Source: Candidatus Nomurabacteria bacterium
Lineage (GTDB): Bacteria > Patescibacteriota > Minisyncoccia > Phycocordibacterales > PALSA-1337
Direction: 5' to 3'
Length of the DNA stretch: 32,141 nucleotides
NCBI GenBank assembly: GCA_943349555.1
Contig: CALQZK010000002.1
Span: 1-32,141 of the forward strand
Shown here: piece by piece, positions 16,201 through 24,193 of the stretch
Layout of the letters: each line of letters opens with the position of its first letter
Numbering within the stretch: position 1 is the stretch's first letter
Translations under genes and position numbers: made by a program
The notes under the pieces: model-generated
Seen by the model: only the letters and a program-made list of their open reading frames with translations
Databases searched by the model: none
What the model was told of the DNA's origin: nothing

Positions 16201-16396
16201 ATTGCGCGAGATTTTGACCATCAAGTCTGACGATATACAAGGACGATCACAGGCATTTGATTCGATTGTTAAGGGTGAAAGGTTAAAACAACCAAATCTT
16301 CCTGCGTCATTTAATGTATTACTAAAATCCCTAAAAGGACTTGCGTTGAACGTGGAATTGATTAAAAAGAATAGTCCTGAGAGCGATGGAGAATAA
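13220..16396 (+). CDS. rpoB: DNA-directed RNA polymerase subunit beta
   Basis: [65 protein letters not shown]. Confidence 0.97.
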   Translation: [1058 protein letters not shown]

Positions 16397-16421
16397 TTAT
16401 CAAAATCAATAATAAAAATAT

Positions 16422-19400
16422 ATGAACCAAATAAACACAAAAAAATATATGGAACCTCTTGATTTTGATGCCGTCAAGCTCGGAGTCGCCTCACCAGAAA
16501 AAATCCTAGAATGGTCTTTCGGCGAAATCACAAAGCCAGAGACAATCAACTACAGAACTCAGCGTTCAGAAAAGAGCGGGCTTTTCGATGAGAAGATATT
16601 CGGCCCTGACCGAGACTATGAATGTTATTGTGGAAAGTATCGAGGTATTCGCTATAAGGGGATTGTCTGTGAAAAGTGCGGAGTGGAAATCACACGCTCT
16701 ATAGTTCGCCGAGAAAGAATGGGTCATATTGAACTTGCCACGCCAGTAGCCCATATCTGGTTCCTTCGATCCATGCCTTCTCGCATTGGCCTTATTATGG
16801 GTATGTCTACAGGTGACCTAGAGAAAGTTGTTTACTTTGCAGGTTACATTGTTACGAAAATCTTCGACACAGAAAAGCAGAAATTCCTAAGAGAATTGGA
16901 TTCTGAATTTAAGACAAAGGTAAAAGCTGCACAGGACGATAAGACAAAAGAAACTCTAAAGGAGCTAGTCATAAATGCCAGAAAAGAAATAGAGAGTTTG
17001 GACCCAGGATTTGTGATGGATGAAGTCCAGTACCATAAATATTCCATGAAATATGGAACGATTTTCGAGGCGGGCATCGGCGCAGAAGCCATTTTTGAAA
17101 TTTTGAAAAAGACAGATTTGAAGAAATTAAATGAAGAGTTAGAGAAGGAGCTAGAATCCGCAGGATCTCTTGAGCGAGAAAAACTATCTAAAAGATTATC
17201 TCTCATCAAGGCCATGATCAAGTCTGGCAGCCGTCCAGAATGGATGTTCCTAACTCGCATTCCTGTCATCCCTCCTGCACTTCGCCCTATGGTTGCTCTA
17301 GATGGAGGACGATATGCCACATCTGATATCAATGACCTCTATCGAAGAGTTATCAACCGCAATAATCGTCTTTCGAAACTCAAAGATATCAATGCTCCAG
17401 ATGTTATCTTACGAAATGAAAAGAGAATTCTCCAAGAAGCTGTTGACGCCCTCATCGACAATTCCATTCGTCACGGTAGTGCTACCGGAGCCGCCGCCGC
17501 GCAGGCACAAAAGAGAGCCCTTAAATCCCTTTCAGATAATCTCAAGAGCAAAAGAGGACTCTTCCGATTAAACCTCCTTGGAAAGCGTGTGGACTATTCC
17601 GGACGATCTGTCATCGTTGTCGGACCTGAACTTTCCCTTGACCAGTGTGGATTGCCGAAGCATATGGCACTCGAACTTTTCCGTCCATTCGTCATATCTG
17701 GACTTTTGAAGAGGGAACTAGCCTACAACATTCGCGGAGCAGGACGACTCATAGATGAAGGATCGAAAGAAGTCTGGGAAATATTGGAGGAAGTTATCGA
17801 AGGAAAATATGTTCTCCTTAACCGAGCTCCGACTCTTCACCGCCTTGGTATACAGGCTTTCCGCCCGGTTCTGATTGAAGGAAATGCTATCCAAGTTCAC
17901 CCTCTAGTCTGTCGAGCCTTCAATGCCGACTTCGACGGGGACCAAATGGCCGTGCACATTCCTCTAGGAGTTGAGGCTCAACTCGAAGCGAAGGAGATCA
18001 TGGCATCAGACAAAAATATTTTGAAGCCAGGATCCGGAGATCCGACAGTTGCCTCTAACCCTCTGGATATTATCCTCGGTTGTTTCTGGATTACGAAAAA
18101 TGTTGATGGCGACAAAGGAGAAGGAAAAATATTTGAAGATCCTACAGCTGCTATTACTGCGCAGAGCTTCGGCGCTATTGGCTTCCGAGCAAAAATAAAA
18201 GTTGTTGCACCGAATAATGCTAAGTTTGCGGAATTTGGAGGCAAGCTTTTCGAAACTAGCGTAGGACGCATCCTCTTCAATGAACTTCTTCCGGATGATT
18301 ACCCTTACATCAATAAGGAAATTGACAGAAAGAGGCTAAACATAATTGTTGATGACTTCATCAATACATATGATATGAGCAAGTTGCCTCCTGTCCTCGA
18401 CAAGATTAAAACTTTCGGCTTCAAATATACGACATACTCCGGCACGACTTGGGGAATTGATGATGTCGTTGTCCCAAAAGGTAAATATGATGTCATAGGC
18501 AAAGCAAAAATACAGTCAGACCTCATCATGCACCAGTTCAGCGAAGGACTTCTTACAGAAGAAGAACGATTGCGCAAAAACGTGGAAATATGGCACAAGG
18601 CCAAGAATGACATTGAGAAATTGATTCCAGGATCTCTCGATAAGATGGGATCTGTCCATGACATGTTCACCTCTGGAGCTCGAGGATCCATTGCACAGAT
18701 TACCCAAATGGCAGGAATGAAAGGACTTATCTCCTCTACGACAGGAACGATCGAATTCCCAATTCTCTCATGTTCCAAGGAAGGTCTTACTCCTATCGAA
18801 TACTTCATCACTACTCACGGTTCTAGAAAGGGTCTTACAGACACAGCTCTGAACACGGCAAAGGCAGGATATCTAACACGAAAACTTTTCGTAGTCGCTC
18901 AGGATGTCATGATCAATGAAGAGGATTGTGGAACCAAGGAATTTATTACAATCAAGAAGCAGACAGCATCAGGTATTGATATTCCTCTATCAAAGAATAT
19001 TCGAGGACGAGTTATTGCCGAGGATATTATATCTGCTAATGGAACAGTCCTGTTCAAGAAAGGTCATCTTTTGCTGAAACAGGAAGCTCTGAAAGTTGAG
19101 GAGGCTGGAGTCACATCTGTCAAAGTTCGATCACCATTGTCATGTAGAAGTATAAAGGGCGTTTGCGGACAGTGCTACGGTATTGATCTAGGAAGGAATA
19201 AATTGGTGGAAATAGGGGAAGCCGTAGGAACTATCGCCGGACAGGCCATCGGAGAACCAGGGACACAGTTGACAATGAGAACATTCCACGCCGGAGGTAC
19301 GGCATCTGTTGGTGGAGACATTACGCAGGGTCTACCTCGCGTGGAAGAAGTTTTCGAGAAGCGCCGACCAAAGAATCCTGCGATTGTTGCAACAGTTGAC

Positions 19401-20132
19401 GGAGTTGTCAGCGAAATTCTAGACCTTGCAAAAGAGAAGGTTATAAAAGTTATAGCAGATCTTGAAGATCGTCCAAAAGTTAAAAAGGCGGGAGGCAAGG
19501 CAGGCGAATTGGGAGGCGAAAAGGATGGATCTATCGAATATATCTTCAACTACAAGCGTGTTTCTCTTGTTAAAGTTGGTGACAGGATAAAGAAGGGGGA
19601 TCTTTTGACGGATGGTTCTGCGGATATCGATGAAATCTTCAAATACGGTGGACAAGAAAGGGCTAAAGATTATGTTATCGGCGAAGTTGGAAAGATCTAC
19701 GAGCTCCAAGGAGAAACAGTTGCCCGTAAGCATATTGAAATTATCGTCAAGCAGATGTTCTCAAGAAGGAAGGTGACTCTTGGTGGAGATACGAATCTTA
19801 CAGAAGGTATGATCATAGATGAAGTGCAGTTCCAAGATGAGAATGCCCGAGCCAAGGCAAATGGAGGATCTCCGGCAAAAGCAGAGAATGTCGCCATGGG
19901 TATTGCAGATGTTTCTCTTTCCCGCAAGAGCTTCCTTTCAGCTGCATCATTCCAGCATACGACTCGTGTGCTTATCAACTCCGCAATTCGAGGCAGTGAG
20001 GATGATCTAGTTGGGCTTATGGAAAATATCATCATTGGACGATTGATTCCAGCTGGTACAGGATTCAAGGGAAGTCCGAAGCAGAAGATGATGGAGAGTG
20101 TACAACCGAGGGAAGAGGAGGTGGGGTGGTAG
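16422..20132 (+). CDS. rpoC: DNA-directed RNA polymerase subunit beta'
   Basis: Zn-finger CYCGKYRGIRYKGIVCEKCGVE, the catalytic motif NADFDGDQMAVH, and trigger-loop/bridge-helix regions. An alternative in-frame start is ATG 16449. Confidence 0.97.
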   Translation: MNQINTKKYMEPLDFDAVKLGVASPEKILEWSFGEITKPETINYRTQRSEKSGLFDEKIFGPDRDYECYCGKYRGIRYKGIVCEKCGVEITRSIVRRERMGHIELATPVAHIWFLRSMPSRIGLIMGMSTGDLEKVVYFAGYIVTKIFDTEKQKFLRELDSEFKTKVKAAQDDKTKETLKELVINARKEIESLDPGFVMDEVQYHKYSMKYGTIFEAGIGAEAIFEILKKTDLKKLNEELEKELESAGSLEREKLSKRLSLIKAMIKSGSRPEWMFLTRIPVIPPALRPMVALDGGRYATSDINDLYRRVINRNNRLSKLKDINAPDVILRNEKRILQEAVDALIDNSIRHGSATGAAAAQAQKRALKSLSDNLKSKRGLFRLNLLGKRVDYSGRSVIVVGPELSLDQCGLPKHMALELFRPFVISGLLKRELAYNIRGAGRLIDEGSKEVWEILEEVIEGKYVLLNRAPTLHRLGIQAFRPVLIEGNAIQVHPLVCRAFNADFDGDQMAVHIPLGVEAQLEAKEIMASDKNILKPGSGDPTVASNPLDIILGCFWITKNVDGDKGEGKIFEDPTAAITAQSFGAIGFRAKIKVVAPNNAKFAEFGGKLFETSVGRILFNELLPDDYPYINKEIDRKRLNIIVDDFINTYDMSKLPPVLDKIKTFGFKYTTYSGTTWGIDDVVVPKGKYDVIGKAKIQSDLIMHQFSEGLLTEEERLRKNVEIWHKAKNDIEKLIPGSLDKMGSVHDMFTSGARGSIAQITQMAGMKGLISSTTGTIEFPILSCSKEGLTPIEYFITTHGSRKGLTDTALNTAKAGYLTRKLFVVAQDVMINEEDCGTKEFITIKKQTASGIDIPLSKNIRGRVIAEDIISANGTVLFKKGHLLLKQEALKVEEAGVTSVKVRSPLSCRSIKGVCGQCYGIDLGRNKLVEIGEAVGTIAGQAIGEPGTQLTMRTFHAGGTASVGGDITQGLPRVEEVFEKRRPKNPAIVATVDGVVSEILDLAKEKVIKVIADLEDRPKVKKAGGKAGELGGEKDGSIEYIFNYKRVSLVKVGDRIKKGDLLTDGSADIDEIFKYGGQERAKDYVIGEVGKIYELQGETVARKHIEIIVKQMFSRRKVTLGGDTNLTEGMIIDEVQFQDENARAKANGGSPAKAENVAMGIADVSLSRKSFLSAASFQHTTRVLINSAIRGSEDDLVGLMENIIIGRLIPAGTGFKGSPKQKMMESVQPREEEVGW

Positions 20133-20143
20133 GGGATAGGGTA

Positions 20144-20152
20144 TAGTATAAT
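20144..20152 (+). promoter_or_regulatory. -10 element TAGTATAAT 6 nt upstream of the dnaG ATG (leaderless-type)
   Basis: TAGTATAAT-ACCCCC-ATG(20159), inside the 26-nt rpoC-dnaG gap. No SD. Confidence 0.5.
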
Positions 20153-20158
20153 ACCCCC

Positions 20159-21943
20159 ATGTCCACTCCCGTCGAGAAAATAAAGGAACGCCTGACCATA
20201 GAAGAGGTGGTAAGCTCGTATGTGAAACTTGAAGGTGTTGGGAAGAACTTCAAAGCCAGATGCCCCTTTCATAATGAAAAGACCGCTTCTTTCTACGTCT
20301 CTCCAGACAGGAACAGCTACTATTGCTTCGGCTGTGGGGCCAAAGGCGATATCTTCAGCTTCGTGGAGCAGTTCGAGGGGCTGGACTTCATGGGAGCATT
20401 GAGGCTATTGGCGGATAGGGCTGGAATACCACTCGTCTTCGAGAAAACAGAAACAAAAAGCGAGAAGGAACGTCTGTATATGATCATGGAAGAAGCCACA
20501 AAATTTTTTGAAAACGGATTGGAAAAGGCTGGACCAGCGCAAGAATATGTGAAGAAGCGCGGATTAACTGCAGAAACTGTAAAAAATTTCCGAGTTGGAT
20601 ATATTCCTGCAGACTGGCGGCTTTTGTATTTCCATTTGAAAGAAAAAAAATATACGGATGAGGAAGTAGAGAAGGCAGGATTGGCCAAGAAGGCTGATGA
20701 TGTGTCTAAGGGATACTATGACAGATTCAGGGGGCGTGTCATGTTCCCCATAATGGACTCCAGCGGCAGAGTCATCGCTTTTTCTGGGCGTATTTTGATA
20801 GATGACGACAAGTCAGCGAAGTATTTAAACAGTCCGGATACGATGCTCTATAACAAATCCACCGTGCTCTACGGCATAGACAAAGCCAAACAAGACATAA
20901 GGTCAAAAAATTATACTATTATGGTGGAGGGGCAGATGGACTTGGTACTATCACATCAGGCAGGCATAAGAAATACTGTGGCAGTCTCTGGCACTGCTCT
21001 TGCAGACTCATTAACATCAAAGGAGAATGTCGTGAACAACCTCGGCATTGTCCGCAGACTTTCTCCAAATATTATTCTAGCTTTTGATTCCGATCCCGCA
21101 GGAAGAAAGGCTGCTATGCGCTCCGCTGGCATTGCTCTGTCTCTTGGCATGGATGTGAAAATCGCAGACTTGCCGGATGGAAAAGATCCGGCTGATCTGG
21201 TGCTTACAAATCCAGAAGAATGGAAAAATGTCTTGCGCAAGGCCAAGCCGGTAGTGGAGTTCCAGATTGATGCCGTGATGCGAGAAGTCTCCGCAAAGAA
21301 GCTGGATTCAAGGAAAATTCCTCCTCTTCTGCGCGAAAAGGTATTTCCTTTTATCTTATCTCTCGGCGGGGCAATGGAAAGATCTCTTTTTATAAAGATG
21401 ATTCATGAGAGAACTGGACTGTCAGAAGAGTCTGTCAGGCAGGATTTAACAAATGAAAATAAGAGGTTGATAAGTCAAGATAGACAGACCCCCCAAAGTA
21501 ATGCTATAGTGAGCGACATTGCAACGGTGACCCGCCTCGAACATATTACGAGGAAACTATTCGGGCTCCTGGCATATCTCGATCAAGAGCAAATGAAAAA
21601 TATTGATACTGAAGGCATTCGCGCCTCTATCAAGCATATTGCCGGAGGCGAGCGCTATGACAATTTAATACGAGGTATAGAGTCATTGAAAAATGAGCTC
21701 ATTTTAGAAGCCGAAATATATTTCGGTAAGAATATACAAGAGAAGGAAATAAAGAGCCATATAGATGAGCTCCTTCTCAACTTAGAGGAGGACATCATAC
21801 GTGAGGATTTATCCATTGCGATGAGTCAACTCCACCAAGCCGAGAAAATAAAATCATCAGATGAGGAAAAGAATGATTTGATGAAGAAGTGCCAAGTGCT
21901 AGCTTTGCGCATATCAGAGATATCAAAAAAGAGGAAGTTATAA
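20159..21943 (+). CDS. dnaG: DNA primase
   Basis: Zn-ribbon CPFHNEKTASF...YYCFGCGAKGD. RNA polymerase core FRGRVMFPI and KYLNSP. TOPRIM VEGQMDLV...FDSDPAG. Confidence 0.92.
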   Translation: MSTPVEKIKERLTIEEVVSSYVKLEGVGKNFKARCPFHNEKTASFYVSPDRNSYYCFGCGAKGDIFSFVEQFEGLDFMGALRLLADRAGIPLVFEKTETKSEKERLYMIMEEATKFFENGLEKAGPAQEYVKKRGLTAETVKNFRVGYIPADWRLLYFHLKEKKYTDEEVEKAGLAKKADDVSKGYYDRFRGRVMFPIMDSSGRVIAFSGRILIDDDKSAKYLNSPDTMLYNKSTVLYGIDKAKQDIRSKNYTIMVEGQMDLVLSHQAGIRNTVAVSGTALADSLTSKENVVNNLGIVRRLSPNIILAFDSDPAGRKAAMRSAGIALSLGMDVKIADLPDGKDPADLVLTNPEEWKNVLRKAKPVVEFQIDAVMREVSAKKLDSRKIPPLLREKVFPFILSLGGAMERSLFIKMIHERTGLSEESVRQDLTNENKRLISQDRQTPQSNAIVSDIATVTRLEHITRKLFGLLAYLDQEQMKNIDTEGIRASIKHIAGGERYDNLIRGIESLKNELILEAEIYFGKNIQEKEIKSHIDELLLNLEEDIIREDLSIAMSQLHQAEKIKSSDEEKNDLMKKCQVLALRISEISKKRKL

Positions 21944-21958
21944 AAATTTTTAGTTTAT

Positions 21959-23167
21959 ATGCCCATAAAAAAACAAAAGAAGTCAAAGATTAAAGCTAAA
22001 ACACATAAGCCCAAGACAAAACAGGCGCCAAAAAATGTGTCCAAGCCCATAAAGAAGCCATCCACGTCCGCGCCAAAGGGAAAGAGTAAGGCTAAGGAAT
22101 TTGAGGCTAAAGCTGATCGATTGACGGCAAAGGGTAAAGAGAGGGGCTTCGTGACCTACGATGAGATTCTAAAGGAATTTCCTACCATTGAGCAGGATAT
22201 TGTTTTCCTCGATGAGCTTTATGTCAGATTTGCGACTGGAGGGATAGACGTGCTTGAAGGAGGAGGTCTCTTGGAGGTTGAGCCGGAAGCTCCTCCAGCC
22301 AAGAAATATTCCTACGGAGCTAGAAGTGATTCTTCGTATGATTCCATACAGATGTACCTTAAGGAAATTGGACAATATCCTCTTATTTCCGCAAGTAATG
22401 AAAAGGAACTAGCCAGACGGATAGAAGCTGGAGATAATGAAGCAAAGAATCTTCTAGCAAGAGCGAACTTGCGTCTCGTAGTTTCTATTGCCAAGAAATA
22501 TGTTGGTAGAAGTCCCGACCTAACACTTCTAGATCTTATCCAAGAAGGAAACCTCGGTCTTTTCAAGGCTGTGGATAAGTTCGATTGGACAAAGGGGTAT
22601 AAGTTTTCCACATATGCCACTTGGTGGATACGCCAAGCTATTACCCGCGCCTTGGCCGACCAGTCACGCACCATTCGTGTTCCTGTTCACATGGTGGAAA
22701 CGATTGCAAAATATAAGCAAGTTGTACGCAGGCTTTCCCAAGACCTTGGAAGAGAGCCTCTTGCGGATGAGATTGCTACGGAGATGGGACTTGATGTGGA
22801 GAAAATTTATAATATAGAAAAAATTGACCAGGATGTTGTGTCACTAGAGAGCCCAGTGGGAGATGACAGTGATGACGGCAAGTCTACTCTAGGAGATTTC
22901 CTCTCTGATGATAAGATACTTTCTCCAGATCAGGAATCTTCTCGTAGAATATTGCGCGATCAGGTAAATGAAATTCTCGGCGATCTTTCTGAAAAAGAAA
23001 AAAGAATTTTGGAGATGCGCCACGGTTTGAATGATGGAATTACTCATACGCTGGAGGAAGTGGGAAAGGAGTTCGGTGTTACCAGAGAGCGCATCCGCCA
23101 GATCGAGGCAAAGGCGCATGAGAAGATCAGACAGCATGAGAAGATAAATAGACTGAAGAATTACTAG
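21959..23167 (+). CDS. rpoD: Primary-type sigma-70 factor with a Lys-rich N-terminal tail
   Basis: Regions 2-4 are recognisable: [69 protein letters not shown]. Confidence 0.92.
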   Translation: MPIKKQKKSKIKAKTHKPKTKQAPKNVSKPIKKPSTSAPKGKSKAKEFEAKADRLTAKGKERGFVTYDEILKEFPTIEQDIVFLDELYVRFATGGIDVLEGGGLLEVEPEAPPAKKYSYGARSDSSYDSIQMYLKEIGQYPLISASNEKELARRIEAGDNEAKNLLARANLRLVVSIAKKYVGRSPDLTLLDLIQEGNLGLFKAVDKFDWTKGYKFSTYATWWIRQAITRALADQSRTIRVPVHMVETIAKYKQVVRRLSQDLGREPLADEIATEMGLDVEKIYNIEKIDQDVVSLESPVGDDSDDGKSTLGDFLSDDKILSPDQESSRRILRDQVNEILGDLSEKEKRILEMRHGLNDGITHTLEEVGKEFGVTRERIRQIEAKAHEKIRQHEKINRLKNY

Positions 23168-23195
23168 GGAAGAGATATAATTATTCCTATGTTAA

Positions 23196-23600
23196 CAAAA
23201 AGACTACTTAATCATCGGTGTTGAACTCACTAATCTGGTGAAAGTTAATAATATCCTGTCTCACTACGATAATTCGAATGCGCAGTCTCTTACAGCCTAT
23301 ACCCTTCGAGAGCTCGGTGTGACAGATAAGGAATATAAATACGATGTCTCGTGGAATGACAAATTAAATCAAGTTGAAATGAGGGCGCTGCTAAATCAGT
23401 CTGTTAAAATAGAAATCTCTGATGAAAAGTTCACTTTGCATAAAAATGAAAGCATCTTACTCGCCCGATCGATCAAGTTCACCGAATATACAGTAACCAA
23501 ACTTCTCTCTGATGTCGGTTTTAGAACAGAGCTCCTGACAACTTCTGAAGACAGGGGCTATCTTCTTACAATGATTCAGCCGACAAGGTATAGTGCATAA
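23196..23600 (+). pseudogene. C-terminal remnant of an EgtD-like (histidine-specific, Methyltransf_33-type) SAM methyltransferase
   Basis: The open frame starts right after a TAA (23193-23195). DYLIIGVEL...HYDN...WNDKLNQVEM...ARSIKF...VGF resembles the C-terminal half of EgtD-family proteins (recalled pattern IGvDL..aYdD...W....rIEm...E.S.KF...aGF). The N-terminal SAM-binding half is absent. The first start in frame is GTG 23238. Confidence 0.45.
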
Positions 23601-23670
23601 GACTGTAGTCCTGACTTTACGAAAAAGATCCTTGCAATTCTTCTGACTCCTGCCATAATTACTCTTAATT

Positions 23671-24132
23671 ATGGCAACCGAACCGCTTAATATACAGATA
23701 AATACAGCAGATCAACCGGAAAAGGATTTTTTGGGCTGGTATAAGAAAAAGATTGAGGTCAATCAAAGAGTAATTTCTTTTGATTTTGCTCAACAAGATA
23801 TATGGTGGTGTAGTCTTGGCATCAACATAGGTTTCGAAGAAGATGGAAAAAATGAAGACTTTGAGCGACCAGTCTTGATCTTAAAAAAATTCAGTAAAGA
23901 TGTTTTTATTGGACTACCCTTAACATCAACGAAAAAAGAAAGTCCCTATTATTTTCCTATCAAACTTCATGATCAGGAAGGCTCTATTCTTCTCTCTCAT
24001 CCACGCCTTCTCAGTTCAAAACGGCTGAATAGGAAATTGATTAAAATTAGTCGAGGAATATTTAAGGAAGTGCTGGAAGAACATGTAAACCTGTTCACCG
24101 AAAGTCGAAACCCCACTCAGCCCGAAGGCTAA
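23671..24132 (+). CDS. PemK/MazF-like toxin (long, about 150-aa form), solitary
   Basis: DIWWCSLGINIGFEEDGKNEDFERPVLILKKFSKDVFIGLPLTSTKK...LSSKRL matches the recalled pattern of MazF-fold proteins (eIWW..lG.NiG.E..GK...F.RPvlIlkkF......lPLTS). No antitoxin-sized ORF is adjacent. Confidence 0.55.
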   Translation: MATEPLNIQINTADQPEKDFLGWYKKKIEVNQRVISFDFAQQDIWWCSLGINIGFEEDGKNEDFERPVLILKKFSKDVFIGLPLTSTKKESPYYFPIKLHDQEGSILLSHPRLLSSKRLNRKLIKISRGIFKEVLEEHVNLFTESRNPTQPEG

Positions 24133-24193
24133 GTGGGGAATCTCGGACGCCGTTTGGCGATTTACTCCTTTAGGATAGCATACCAGAAAATAA

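Noticed and set aside
19697-20272. 191-aa minus-strand ORF spanning the rpoC-dnaG junction.
   Set aside because: It is antisense to two strongly conserved genes, has no recognisable motifs, and has no independent promoter or terminator evidence.
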